A stretch of 64,000 nucleotides of DNA from Terriglobales bacterium (GTDB lineage: Bacteria; Acidobacteriota; Terriglobia; Terriglobales; Acidobacteriaceae), in assembly GCA_038230455.1 (NCBI GenBank), contig JBBRNF010000007.1, positions 160,293 through 224,292 of the forward strand, given 5' to 3'. The position numbers and the translations under genes are program-made. Shown piece after piece: positions 1 to 9,537 of this stretch. The notes beneath the pieces are model-generated. The model worked only from the letters and a program-made list of their open reading frames with translations, searched no databases and had not been told where the DNA came from. Each line of letters begins with the position of its first letter. Position 1 is the first letter of the stretch.

Positions 1-476
1 TGGACTTCGGCGCCGACCCCCGCACCGCCGACATCCGCGACGAGTACATGTTCGGCCCCGCCCTCCTCATCGCCCCCGTCGTCGAGCAGGGCATGACCAA
101 CCGCGAAGTCTATCTCCCCGCCGGCGCCGACTGGTTCAACTTCTGGACCAACCAGAAACTCCACGGCGGCCAGACCATCACCGTCGACGCCCCCATCGAC
201 ACCCTCCCCATCTTCGTCCGCGCCGGCTCCATCCTCCCCCTCGGAGAGCCCGTCGAAAGCACCAACGAGCTCCAGAAAATCGCCACCCTCCGCGTCTACC
301 CCGGCGCCAACTCCACCTTCGAGCTCTACAACGACGACGGCACCACCTACGCCTACGAGCAGGGCGCATCCCAGCGCACCCAGCTGCATTGGAACGACAC
401 CACCGGCAGGCTCACCCACACCGGTGCGGAGTTGCCACCCGGCTCTCGTGCCGCCGTTCAAATCGTTGGCAGGTAG
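1..476 (+). CDS. GH31 family alpha-xylosidase/alpha-glucosidase, C-terminal part (5' end outside window)
   Basis: Frame 3 is open from the window edge (DFGADPRTADIRDEYMFGPALLIAPVVEQG...YLPAGADWFNFW...LPIFVRAGSILPLG...YNDDGTTYAYEQG). This pattern is typical of the C-terminal catalytic/distal domains of GH31 (YicI-like) enzymes. Confidence 0.75.
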   Translation, partial: DFGADPRTADIRDEYMFGPALLIAPVVEQGMTNREVYLPAGADWFNFWTNQKLHGGQTITVDAPIDTLPIFVRAGSILPLGEPVESTNELQKIATLRVYPGANSTFELYNDDGTTYAYEQGASQRTQLHWNDTTGRLTHTGAELPPGSRAAVQIVGR

Positions 477-541
477 ACGGCGAGCGGCAACGCAGACAAG
501 ACTCGTGCGCCTGTTCGCTCCCACTGCTAAACTCAGCCATC

Positions 542-2107
542 ATGCCGCTCAGACACGCTGCCGTTTTCTTCCTTGTTACCCTGCTAAGTTGTGCCGGTAA
601 GGCTCAGGCTGTGGCCTGCGGAGCCCTGCGTACGCTTCCGCTAGAGAGCACCACCATTACCGCCACTGAACAGGTAGACACCCACAGCCTCCTGCCACCC
701 TACGGCAGCCCCCTGGCGGGCCTTCCCGCCTTCTGCCGCGTTGCGGGCGTCATACGCCCCACGCCCGACTCGGTCATACGTTTTGAAGTCTGGATGCCCG
801 TCGCAGCCTGGAACGGACGCCTCCTCGGCGCAGGCAATGGCGGGTTCGCCGGGACCATCAACTACGGGCAGATGGCCTCCAGCCTGCGCCAGGGTTTCGC
901 AACTGCCAGCACCGATACCGGGCACGAAGCCGGAGCGGAAGACGCAAGCTGGGCTTTCCGCCATCCCGAAAAAATCACCGACTTCGGCTATCGCGCCCTG
1001 CACCTCACCACCCTGCGCGCCAAACAGATCATCGCCGCTTTCTATGGCCGTCCCGCAGACCATGCCTACTTCGACTCCTGCTCCAACGGCGGCCGCGAAG
1101 CCCTCATGGAAGCCCAGCGGTTTCCAGAAGACTACGACGGCATCCTCGCCGGTGCGCCAGCCAATAACTGGACACGCATGTTGAGTTCCGCGGTCGACGT
1201 CGTCCAGACGATGACGGCCGACCCAGCCGCCTACATTCCAGCCATGAAGCTGCCCGCCATTCACCAGGCCGCTCTGGCTGCCTGCGACGCCCAGGACGGA
1301 GTCAAAGACGGCATCGTCAACGATCCCTCGCAATGCCACTTCGAACCCGCCACCCTGCTCTGCAAGGCGGACGACTCCCTGACCTGCCTCACGGCTCCGC
1401 AGGTCAACACCCTGCACAAGCTGTACGGCGGTGGAACCGACCGCAAAGGCAACAACTTGTTTCCGGGCTACATTCCGGGCTCCGAGCTGCCCGGATGGGA
1501 CTCCTGGGTCGTCGGCGCCGGTCCCGGCGCCGGCGCGGGCTCCCGCTATCCCGTCAACTTCTTCCGCTACATGGTCTACAACAATGCCCGCTGGGAGATT
1601 CTCGACGCAGACCCGGCCCAGGCTCGTACCGAAGCAGAGAAAGCCGTCGGCAACGACCTCAACGCCAGCAGCCCCGACCTCTCGCGCTTCACCGCCCGGG
1701 GCGGCAAGCTCATCCTCTATCACGGCTGGGACGACCCCGCCATCTCGCCCTGGAACAGCATCGCCTATTTCCAATCTGTCCGCGAAGCCCTCGGCCCCGC
1801 GAAAGCCGACACCGCAGTCCGGCTCTACATGGCTCCCGGCATGGAGCACTGCAGCGGCGGTGCCGGACCCAACAGCTTCGGACAGCTCGGCCTTCCCGCC
1901 GCGCAGGGACCGGGCTCGGGCGCCCTCGACGCCCTCGAGACGTGGGTCGAAAAAGGCACCGCCCCGGGGCCGCTCGTCGCCGCGCGATTCAAAGCGCATG
2001 ACCAACTCCTGCTCTCACGCCCGCTCTGCCCTTACCCGCAGATCGCCGTTTACAACGGCACCGGAAGCGTCGATCGCGCCGAAAACTTCCTCTGTCGCGC
2101 CCCATAG
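542..2107 (+). CDS. Secreted tannase/feruloyl esterase family hydrolase
   Basis: The internal ATG at 542 gives the signal peptide MPLRHAAVFFLVTLLSCAGKAQA. FDSCSNGGREALMEAQRFPEDYDGILAGAPA matches the nucleophile-Ser motif region of the tannase/feruloyl esterase family. The longer track ORF (389) has an Arg-rich, non-signal N-terminus. Confidence 0.8.
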   Translation: MPLRHAAVFFLVTLLSCAGKAQAVACGALRTLPLESTTITATEQVDTHSLLPPYGSPLAGLPAFCRVAGVIRPTPDSVIRFEVWMPVAAWNGRLLGAGNGGFAGTINYGQMASSLRQGFATASTDTGHEAGAEDASWAFRHPEKITDFGYRALHLTTLRAKQIIAAFYGRPADHAYFDSCSNGGREALMEAQRFPEDYDGILAGAPANNWTRMLSSAVDVVQTMTADPAAYIPAMKLPAIHQAALAACDAQDGVKDGIVNDPSQCHFEPATLLCKADDSLTCLTAPQVNTLHKLYGGGTDRKGNNLFPGYIPGSELPGWDSWVVGAGPGAGAGSRYPVNFFRYMVYNNARWEILDADPAQARTEAEKAVGNDLNASSPDLSRFTARGGKLILYHGWDDPAISPWNSIAYFQSVREALGPAKADTAVRLYMAPGMEHCSGGAGPNSFGQLGLPAAQGPGSGALDALETWVEKGTAPGPLVAARFKAHDQLLLSRPLCPYPQIAVYNGTGSVDRAENFLCRAP

Positions 2108-2144
2108 CGGACGCTCTTCCCAGCAATCGAGTAAGGCGCATAGG

Positions 2145-2747
2145 ATGTGCACCATGCCGCGACGCCTCCTCGTTCTCGCCACGATGCTCACCGCCCTGGC
2201 GTGCCATGCGCAGCAGCGGCCGGAGTTCGGCCGGAATACACGTGGCCAGGCAATCACCTCGCTCGGTGGTCCCCATACCCGCGCGGTCGTCCTCTTCTTC
2301 GTCGCCTCCGATTGCCCCGTCTCCAACCGTACCTTCCCCGAAATGAAGCGACTCCGCCAGAAGTTTTCCTCCCGCGGCGTCCGTTTCTGGTTCGTCTATC
2401 CCAACCAGAACGAACGTCCCATCCAGGTGCGACTGCATCAATCCGCCTACGACCCGGACGGCCAGGCGCTGCTTGACGAGGCAGGCGCGCTCGTTCGCCT
2501 CAGCCGCGCGCGCATTACGCCCCAGGTCTCCGTACTCGCGCCCGACGGGGCGATCCACTGGAAGCCCGTCTACACAGGCCGCATCGACAACCGCTCCATA
2601 CAATTCGGCAAGGAGCGACCCCAACCAACCGAGCATTTCGCCGAGCGCGCCTTGTCCAGCCTGCTTGCGGGCCGCGCCGTCGCGCCGGCCATCGGCACCG
2701 GCGCAGGCTGCGCCATCGTCAACCCCGCAGTGAGCCGAGAACCATGA
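2145..2747 (+). CDS. Thioredoxin-fold (redoxin/AhpC-TSA-like) protein with signal peptide
   Basis: Signal-like N-terminus MCTMPRRLLVLATMLTALACHAQQ and VVLFFVASDCPVSNRTFPEMKRL (thioredoxin-fold CxxS/N-type motif). The stop overlaps the next start by 4 nt (ATGA at 2744-2747). The start could be 2145 or 2154. Confidence 0.6.
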   Translation: MCTMPRRLLVLATMLTALACHAQQRPEFGRNTRGQAITSLGGPHTRAVVLFFVASDCPVSNRTFPEMKRLRQKFSSRGVRFWFVYPNQNERPIQVRLHQSAYDPDGQALLDEAGALVRLSRARITPQVSVLAPDGAIHWKPVYTGRIDNRSIQFGKERPQPTEHFAERALSSLLAGRAVAPAIGTGAGCAIVNPAVSREP

Positions 2748-4966
2748 ATATCGCAGTCCGGCTTGGCTTAGCGACCCTTGCCGCGGCCGCACTCGCCGCT
2801 GCTCTGCTGGCCCTGAGCGGCAACCCCGCAGCCACCGTCTCCGCCCAGTCCGCAACCCCAACCTGGCGTCGTCAGATCGCTCCCATCCTCTACAAGAACT
2901 GCACAAGTTGCCATCACGAAGGCGGCTCCGGCCCTTTCTCCCTCACCTCCTACCCGCAGGCCAAACGTTGGGCCAGTGTCATGCAAACCGTCACCCAGAG
3001 CCACGTCATGCCGCCCTGGCTCCCCGAACCCGGCTTCGGCGCCTTCGCCGGCGACCGCCGCCTGAGCGACGAGGACATCGCCCTCATCCGCGCGTGGGTC
3101 GAAAGCGGCACGCCCGAGGGCAGCGATCCCGCCCTCAAACCACCCATGTACGCCGCTGACTGGGAACTCGGACCGCCCGATATCATCCTCGAAATGACCA
3201 CGCCACTGCCCGTACCCGCCGGTGGCGCAGACCTCTTCGAGAACATCGTCCTCCCCGTCCCGCTCCAGTCCACCCACTGGGTGCGCGCCATGGAAATCAA
3301 GCCCGGCTCGCCGCAAGTGGTCCACCACGCCAACGTCATTCTGGACCCCACCGCTTCCCTCCGCCGTGCCCATCCGTCCGACTGGCAGCACGGCATCCCC
3401 GGCATGGACATCCTGGTCGACTCCGGCAACAGCTTCGACCCCGACAGCCACTTCCTCTTCTGGAAGCCGGACTCCACCGCTCTCGTCGAGCCCCCCGGCA
3501 TGCCCTGGAAGCTCGATCCCGGCACCGACCTCGTGCTCAACCTGCACCTCAAGCCCACCGGCAAGCCCGAGAGCGTCCGCGCTCGCATCGGCCTTTATTT
3601 CACACCGAACCCCGCGACAGAGCATCCCATGCTCCTCCAACTCGAGCATGATGCAGCCCTCGACATCCCCGCCGGCCAGTCCGCCTTCGTGGTCGAAGAC
3701 ACGCTTCGGCTGCCCGTCCGCGTCGATGTCCTCGGCATATATCCACACGCCCACTATCTCGGTAAGAAGATGGAGGCCTGGGCCACCCTGCCCAGCGGAG
3801 ACCGCCGCTGGCTCATCCTCATCAAGGACTGGGACATCGACCGCCAGGCCGTCTACCGCTTCGCGAAACCCGTCCCTCTGCCCCTCGGCACCGTCGTCCA
3901 CATGCGCTACACCTATGACAACTCCGCGCACAATGTTCGCAACCCCAACTCGCCTCCCATCCGGGTCCGCGCCGGCAACCGTTCCGTCGACGAGATGGGA
4001 CACCTCTGGCTGCAGGTGCTGCCGCACCCGGAGCCAGCCTCCGATGCCCCAACATCAGACCCGCGCCTGAAGCTGGAGCGCGCCTGGATGGAGAACCGCC
4101 TCCGCAAAGACCCGGGCGACGACATCGCCCTGTACAACCTTGCTTCTCTCTTCACCACCGAAGGCGACAACGCGCAGGCCATCCAGCTCTACCGCCGAGC
4201 GCTTGCAAAGCGTCCCGGTAATGCCCGCACCATCACTTCTCTCGGCACTGCGCTCGAGGCCAGCGGCGACTGGCAAGGCGCGCAGTCGCAATACCGTGCG
4301 GCCATCCTCCGTGAGCCCCAATACACAGACGCCATCTTCAATCTAGCCGCGCTCGACCTTCGCCACGGCTCCCTGCCCGAAGCAGAGCAGCTCTTTCGTG
4401 ACCTGGTCGCCGCCCACCCCGGGGACGCCGGTGCTCGCGCCGGTCTTGGCAGCGTGCTTCTCGCCAGCGAGCGTCCAGCCGACGCCCGCTCAGAGTTCGA
4501 AGCCGCGCTCGCCGCCGCGCCCGACAACTACGACGCCCTGCTTGGCCTCGCTCAGATCCATGCCAGCAGCGGCGACCTGAAGATCGCCGAACCACTCCTG
4601 CTCCGCGCCATCGCTGTTCGCAACGACGCCGAGCCGCAGCGCCTTCTCGCCATGGTCTACGCCGGCACCGGAAAAATGGATCTCGCGCTCGTCCACCTGC
4701 TCGCCTGGCAGCGCCTCCAGCCCTCCGACGCTGAACCCCACCGCGCCCTGGCGCAGGTCTACAGCCAGCTCGGCCGCCTGAGCGACGCCCTGCGCGAACA
4801 GACTCAGGTTGTTACGCTCGCACCGGGCTCCACCGCAGACTGGAACGACCTGGGCGTCCTCGAAGCCCAGTCCGGAGACAAACTCGCCGCTCGCCGCGCC
4901 CTCGAGCATGCCCTCGCACTCGACCCTGAAAACAAGGCCGCCAAAGCCAATCTCCAGAGACTCTAA
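2744..4966 (+). CDS. Fusion protein: c-type heme-binding motif + PHM/DBH-like copper monooxygenase-like domain + C-terminal TPR repeats
   Basis: Signal peptide, then CTSCHH (CxxCH) at aa 53-57. His/Met pattern HH (aa 194-195), H (268), HAH (335-337), DEM (416-418), with spacing like the CuH/CuM ligands of peptidylglycine alpha-hydroxylating monooxygenase. From about aa 440 to 740 there are repeated TPR-like Ala/Leu-rich units (e.g. ALYNLASLFTTEGDNAQAIQLYRRAL). Confidence 0.6.
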   Translation: MNIAVRLGLATLAAAALAAALLALSGNPAATVSAQSATPTWRRQIAPILYKNCTSCHHEGGSGPFSLTSYPQAKRWASVMQTVTQSHVMPPWLPEPGFGAFAGDRRLSDEDIALIRAWVESGTPEGSDPALKPPMYAADWELGPPDIILEMTTPLPVPAGGADLFENIVLPVPLQSTHWVRAMEIKPGSPQVVHHANVILDPTASLRRAHPSDWQHGIPGMDILVDSGNSFDPDSHFLFWKPDSTALVEPPGMPWKLDPGTDLVLNLHLKPTGKPESVRARIGLYFTPNPATEHPMLLQLEHDAALDIPAGQSAFVVEDTLRLPVRVDVLGIYPHAHYLGKKMEAWATLPSGDRRWLILIKDWDIDRQAVYRFAKPVPLPLGTVVHMRYTYDNSAHNVRNPNSPPIRVRAGNRSVDEMGHLWLQVLPHPEPASDAPTSDPRLKLERAWMENRLRKDPGDDIALYNLASLFTTEGDNAQAIQLYRRALAKRPGNARTITSLGTALEASGDWQGAQSQYRAAILREPQYTDAIFNLAALDLRHGSLPEAEQLFRDLVAAHPGDAGARAGLGSVLLASERPADARSEFEAALAAAPDNYDALLGLAQIHASSGDLKIAEPLLLRAIAVRNDAEPQRLLAMVYAGTGKMDLALVHLLAWQRLQPSDAEPHRALAQVYSQLGRLSDALREQTQVVTLAPGSTADWNDLGVLEAQSGDKLAARRALEHALALDPENKAAKANLQRL

Positions 4967-5140
4967 CAGCGTTCCCGTATGCGACTGGATTTCGCGATTC
5001 ATGATCAGCAACAACCATCAGCCGCCGTTCCACATGAGCGGACTCGGTCCCGGATTCATCGCCTTCCCCGCGAACAGCGTGCCCACGCGTATGCTCCCAA
5101 TCCTTCGGCATACGTCATTTGGTAGAGCGAACCTGACTCG

Positions 5141-6859
5141 CTAGGCGAGCGTCAATTGCAGCGCCGTAACGCTGGCAGGCGGGAATGTATGAATGAGCCT
5201 GCCGGACGACGGAACGCCGACCGATGCCGCCTTCGGCTTTACCGCATCCGGGTGAGCGAAGTCGTTATGGTCGTGAACATCGCGCGAGGCCAGGACGGTG
5301 CCCGTTGCCGAGGCAATCGACGCGCCACGAACAACCAGCTCCGTCGTCATCGGACGATCGGTGTGCGGGTTCACTACCGTAAGCGTCAGTAACTTGCCCG
5401 GCGCTCCACCAGCGCTGGTAGCGACGAGCGAGGCAGAACCACTCAACCCCGCCAGGGTCTTCACCGGGGCCAGCTCGCCAATGTAGCTGTTGCCTCCAAC
5501 TTGTATCGGTGTATTGCCGAGCGGGTTGTCAATCGCGGCGGCGGTAAACTCTGTGCGCACGGCTGTAGCGCCCTGGTGCGGCTGATACATCTTGAACACG
5601 TGGAACGTGGGCGTAAGCGCAAACTTGTCGCCCTGCGCCAGCATCAGCGAGTGAATGCAGTTGATGCTCTGTGCCACCGCCGCCACGGCGACCTTGTCGG
5701 CATGGCGTTGGAAAATGTCAAAAGTGATCCCGGTAAGCAGCGCGTCGCGCATGGTGGACTGCTGCGACAGGTTGTACTCCGGCCCCAGCTGCGTCCCCTT
5801 GCCGTACCAGGCGCCCCACTCGTCCACGACCAGCTTGACCGCAGGCTGTCCCGGCGTATTTCCCATCGCCCGCCAGTGGTCTGTCACAACTTTCTCCATC
5901 AGGCTGCCGCGCGTCAGCAGGTCGTAGAACTCGTCGTTGGAAAAGTCCAGCGCATCGCCTTCCGCAAACTTCTTCGCGCTCCCGGAGGTGTAGTAGTGAA
6001 TGGACAGTCCCCACAACTTGCGCCGCTCCGGATTGGCGTAAAGCGCTTTGAACAGGCGAGTCGTCCAATCGACGTCGTCGCCATTAGGACCGACGGCCAC
6101 AAAGCGCAGCGGCGTTTGGCTATAGCTGGGTGTCCAGGCCGTATAGCGGCGGAACTCAGCTGCATACTCCTCCGGTGTAAGGTTGCCGCCGCAGCCCCAG
6201 CTTTCGTTTCCGACCCCCCAAAGGTCTACCTGGAACGGCGCCACATCGCCATTCGCGGCTCGCAGGGCTGCCAGGCCATTTGGAGCCGCGGGCGCAGCCG
6301 AGTTCGACGCGATATTTCCGGCAGGCGCGTTGCAGTACTCAATTTCCTCATAGAAGTCGCGTGCGGGCTGCGTCCGCAGGTTGGCGGCAAGGTAAGGTTT
6401 GCAGCCAATCAGCCGGCAGGTCTGCATGAACTCGTGCAGCCCATACTGGTTGGGCTCCTGCTGGTCCCAGAAGCCGGCCCGCGCACGCCGCTTGCCGCGC
6501 GGGCCAAGGCCATCGTGCCAGTCGTACGAGTCCGCAAAGCAGCCGCCGGGCCAACGCAGCACGGGCGCCTTCACCGCTCGCATGGCGTCCACAAAAGCCG
6601 TGCGGATGCCATTGGTGTTCGGAATTTTCGATTTCTCGCCCACCCAGACACCGTCGTAAATCACGCCGCCCAGGTGCTCGATAAAGTGCGAGTAGATCTC
6701 CGGCGAAATAATGCTGATCGTCTCGGAGGGCATGATCTCGATATGGGCGTCAACCTGGCTGGCCTGGCCAAGCAGAGGGAGCCGGCAGAGGCCGGCGGCG
6801 GAGGCTGCGATGGCTGTGCTCTTGAGGAAATTGCGGCGTGTTGTAGCGTTCATTGTCAT
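5141..6859 (-). CDS. GH51 alpha-L-arabinofuranosidase with Tat-type signal
   Basis: MTMNATTRRNFLKSTAIAASAAGL (twin-arginine signal); IYSHFIEHLGGVIYDGVWVGE and RWPGGCFADSYDWHDGLG are typical GH51 motifs. GGAG lies 10 nt upstream of the ATG at 6859, so this start is preferred over the track start at 6895. Confidence 0.8.
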   Translation of the reverse strand: MTMNATTRRNFLKSTAIAASAAGLCRLPLLGQASQVDAHIEIMPSETISIISPEIYSHFIEHLGGVIYDGVWVGEKSKIPNTNGIRTAFVDAMRAVKAPVLRWPGGCFADSYDWHDGLGPRGKRRARAGFWDQQEPNQYGLHEFMQTCRLIGCKPYLAANLRTQPARDFYEEIEYCNAPAGNIASNSAAPAAPNGLAALRAANGDVAPFQVDLWGVGNESWGCGGNLTPEEYAAEFRRYTAWTPSYSQTPLRFVAVGPNGDDVDWTTRLFKALYANPERRKLWGLSIHYYTSGSAKKFAEGDALDFSNDEFYDLLTRGSLMEKVVTDHWRAMGNTPGQPAVKLVVDEWGAWYGKGTQLGPEYNLSQQSTMRDALLTGITFDIFQRHADKVAVAAVAQSINCIHSLMLAQGDKFALTPTFHVFKMYQPHQGATAVRTEFTAAAIDNPLGNTPIQVGGNSYIGELAPVKTLAGLSGSASLVATSAGGAPGKLLTLTVVNPHTDRPMTTELVVRGASIASATGTVLASRDVHDHNDFAHPDAVKPKAASVGVPSSGRLIHTFPPASVTALQLTLA

Positions 6860-7015
6860 GCGCTCTCTATCTCCAGACTCGGCCGACTCGGTCAAGTATC
6901 CACCTTAAAAACATCATCCAGGGCTCCTGCGACCGAACTGAGCGGAGCGCCTTTGAGGTGGCCAAGCTATGCTTGATGCACAACGGTGCGCTGCATCCGG
7001 CACTTAACTCGACAT

Positions 7016-7029
7016 AGTAAACGTTACCT
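7016..7029. promoter_or_regulatory. Candidate LacI-family operator half-palindrome (AGTAAACGTTACCT)
   Basis: AACGTT-centred imperfect palindrome in the divergent GH51/GH27 intergenic region, about 60 nt upstream of the GH27 start. It resembles the TGnAAnCGnTTnCA type of LacI/GalR operators, and a LacI gene lies just downstream of GH27. The symmetry is imperfect. Confidence 0.25.
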
Positions 7030-7089
7030 ACGCGCTAATCCACCCCCGTTTTTTACACCGCAGGCACTCCCCGAACTCTCCAGGACCCA

Positions 7090-8439
7090 ATGAAAACAGC
7101 TACTTTGCGCACGCTCGCCCTCGCCACCCTGACGACAAGCGCCTCTCTGCTCACCTCCCTCCACGCCCAGAAAACGATGCTCGCACCGACTCCACCCATG
7201 GGCTGGAACAGTTGGGACAGCTACGGCCCGGCCATCCGCGAAGAGGAAGTGAAGGCTAACACCGACGCGATGGCGGCGAAGCTGAAGGCATCCGGCTGGC
7301 AGTACATCGTGGTCGATATCGAGTGGTATCAGCCAGACGCGCATGCCCACGGGTACATTGCGCGAGGCAAGGTCAGCATGGATGCGAACGGTCGTTTCGC
7401 GCCCGCGGCTAATCGTTTTCCGTCCGCGGCCAATGGAACGGGTTTCAAGCCGCTGGCGGACTATGTTCATAGCAAGGGCCTCAAGTTTGGCATTCACATC
7501 ATGCGCGGCATTCCCCGCGAGGCCGTCGATCGCAATCTACCCATCTTCGGCACCAGCCTGCATGCAGCGGACGTCGCCGACAAACTCGACGTATGCAAAT
7601 GGCAGGGCATGGAAGATACGTACGGAGTCAACATGAGCAAGCCTGGCGGGCAGGCCTACTACGATTCCATCGCAAAGCTGTACGCAAGTTGGGGCGTCGA
7701 TTACGTGAAGGCCGACGACATGAGCCGGCCGTATCACGCGGCGGAGATCCACGCCCTGCGTACGGCGCTCGATAAGACCGGCAGACCGATCGTTCTAAGC
7801 CTTTCGCCGGGCCCCGCGCCTATCGATCAGTACGAGCACTTGAAGGCGAACGCCCAGCTGTGGCGCATCTCCGACGACTTCTGGGATCGCTGGGTTGACG
7901 TGAAGGCGCAATTCGAACTGATGAAGAGGTGGAACGGCAAAAGCCGCGCCAACGGATTTCCGGACGCAGACATGCTGCCGCTTGGACACATCGGCATCCG
8001 AGCCGAACGCGGCAACGATCGCAAGAGCCTGCTGACGCACGACGAGCAGTACACTCTGATGTCGCTCTGGTCGCTGTTTCGCTCGCCCCTGATGATGGGC
8101 GGCGATTTGCCCACAAGCGATGAGTTCACCTACAGCCTGCTGACGAACCGAGAGGTTCTTGCCGTGAACCAGCACAGCGACAACGGCCACGAAGTGTGTC
8201 GCGAAGGTACGACGATCGCGTGGACAGCCGACGCGCCCGGCGGTGCGGCCAAATACGCCGGAATTTTCAATACGGGCGACACCCAAACGACCGTCGACCT
8301 GCCGTGGAGCAAACTCGGCATCGCGTACGCGAAACCTGCTCTACGCGACCTATGGACGCACACGGATGCGGGCCGCACGGAGTCAGTGCATATAACGCTT
8401 CGTCCCCACGCCAGTGTTCTTTGGAAGGTATCGAAATAG
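7090..8439 (+). CDS. Secreted GH27 alpha-galactosidase-like glycoside hydrolase
   Basis: Signal peptide MKTATLRTLALATLTTSASLLTSLHAQ; PPMGWNSWDSYG and WGVDYVKADD motifs are characteristic of GH27/melibiase. Confidence 0.8.
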   Translation: MKTATLRTLALATLTTSASLLTSLHAQKTMLAPTPPMGWNSWDSYGPAIREEEVKANTDAMAAKLKASGWQYIVVDIEWYQPDAHAHGYIARGKVSMDANGRFAPAANRFPSAANGTGFKPLADYVHSKGLKFGIHIMRGIPREAVDRNLPIFGTSLHAADVADKLDVCKWQGMEDTYGVNMSKPGGQAYYDSIAKLYASWGVDYVKADDMSRPYHAAEIHALRTALDKTGRPIVLSLSPGPAPIDQYEHLKANAQLWRISDDFWDRWVDVKAQFELMKRWNGKSRANGFPDADMLPLGHIGIRAERGNDRKSLLTHDEQYTLMSLWSLFRSPLMMGGDLPTSDEFTYSLLTNREVLAVNQHSDNGHEVCREGTTIAWTADAPGGAAKYAGIFNTGDTQTTVDLPWSKLGIAYAKPALRDLWTHTDAGRTESVHITLRPHASVLWKVSK

Positions 8440-8456
8440 TAGAGGCACGTGAGGCG

Positions 8457-9491
8457 CTAGGCCGGACTGCGCTGCGACGATGCGCGCACCACAAGCGAGG
8501 GAGTTAGCACCACTTTTTCCGGTGGCCGCGCTCCCTTTTGCGCGATCATGTCCAGCACCATTTGGCCGGCACGTGCGCCGATCGTCGCCGTCTGCTGGTC
8601 GATGCTCGAAAGTGGCACGCTGAGCGAAGCATCGTAGTGCAGGTTACCGCAACCGATGAGCGCGATGTCCCCCGGGATGCTCAGACCGGCGCGGAGGATG
8701 GTCTGCATGGCCCCAATGGCGAGCGGATCGTTGTAACAAAAGATGCCGTCGGGACGGGGCTTGCGACCAAGCAGCAGATGCGCGGCCTGGGCGCCCTGCT
8801 CGAGAGTCTCGGTGTCCACGGTGCTGCGATGAACCACCAGATTCGCGTGGTACGGGAGGCCGTGGCTTGCCAGCGCATCCTTGTATCCCTCGAGCCGTTG
8901 GGAGCCGGTGCTGTTTGGGCGCCCACTCATGTGGGCGATGCGGCGGCAGCCCATCTGAATCAGGTGTTCAGTCGCCAGCCTGCCGGCCTCATGGTCGTCC
9001 GTGCACACAAAGCTTTCGTTCGCGTCGTCGAAGCGGCGGTCGATCAGCAGCACGGGCTGGTTGCTGTCGCGCATGGTGGCGAAGCGCTTACCCGATAAGG
9101 ACGTGGACGCGACCACGACCGCGTCCATCTTGCGCGCCAGCAACTGACGAATCTCCTGCTCTTCGAGCTTCGCATCCTCTTCGGAGGAGGAGATCAGCAG
9201 GGAATATCCGTCGGCGCGGATTGCCAGCGAGAGCGCCTTTGCGATTTCGGCGAAGAACGGGTGCAGCAGGTCCGGGACCACTAGACCGATCAGGTAACTA
9301 CGTCCGGTCACCAGGCTCCGCGCCACGATGTTGGGCTGATAGTCGCGCGCCCGAACATGTTTAAGAACGCGCTCACGCGTCTCCGGGCTGATATCTGGAT
9401 GGTTGCGGAGCACCTTGGATATAGTGACGATCGACAGCCCAAGATCCTCTGCGATGTCCTTCATCCGTAAAGCCATGCCGGAACTATACAT
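8457..9491 (-). CDS. LacI family transcriptional regulator
   Basis: N-terminal HTH (MKDIAEDLGLSIVTISKVLRNHPDISPETRERV) followed by a periplasmic-binding-protein-like sugar-binding fold. The start is uncertain (9491, 9476 or 9464). Confidence 0.85.
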   Translation of the reverse strand: MYSSGMALRMKDIAEDLGLSIVTISKVLRNHPDISPETRERVLKHVRARDYQPNIVARSLVTGRSYLIGLVVPDLLHPFFAEIAKALSLAIRADGYSLLISSSEEDAKLEEQEIRQLLARKMDAVVVASTSLSGKRFATMRDSNQPVLLIDRRFDDANESFVCTDDHEAGRLATEHLIQMGCRRIAHMSGRPNSTGSQRLEGYKDALASHGLPYHANLVVHRSTVDTETLEQGAQAAHLLLGRKPRPDGIFCYNDPLAIGAMQTILRAGLSIPGDIALIGCGNLHYDASLSVPLSSIDQQTATIGARAGQMVLDMIAQKGARPPEKVVLTPSLVVRASSQRSPA

Positions 9492-9537
9492 TGCAGGGCG
9501 TGTGGATGATTCTCATAAGAACCCATCAAAGTTATGG

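Noticed and set aside
641-2005. 454-aa minus-strand ORF opposite the tannase/feruloyl esterase gene
   Set aside because: It is a shadow ORF of a high-GC gene. The translation is Gly/Ala/Arg/Val-rich low complexity with no motif, while the plus-strand frame has clear family motifs.
2768-4027. 419-aa minus-strand ORF opposite the CxxCH/PHM-like/TPR gene
   Set aside because: Same reasoning: it is an antisense open frame caused by GC3 bias, with no recognisable domain.
5501-6976. 491-aa plus-strand ORF overlapping the GH51 gene
   Set aside because: It is antisense to a confidently recognised arabinofuranosidase. The product is Arg-rich and motif-free.
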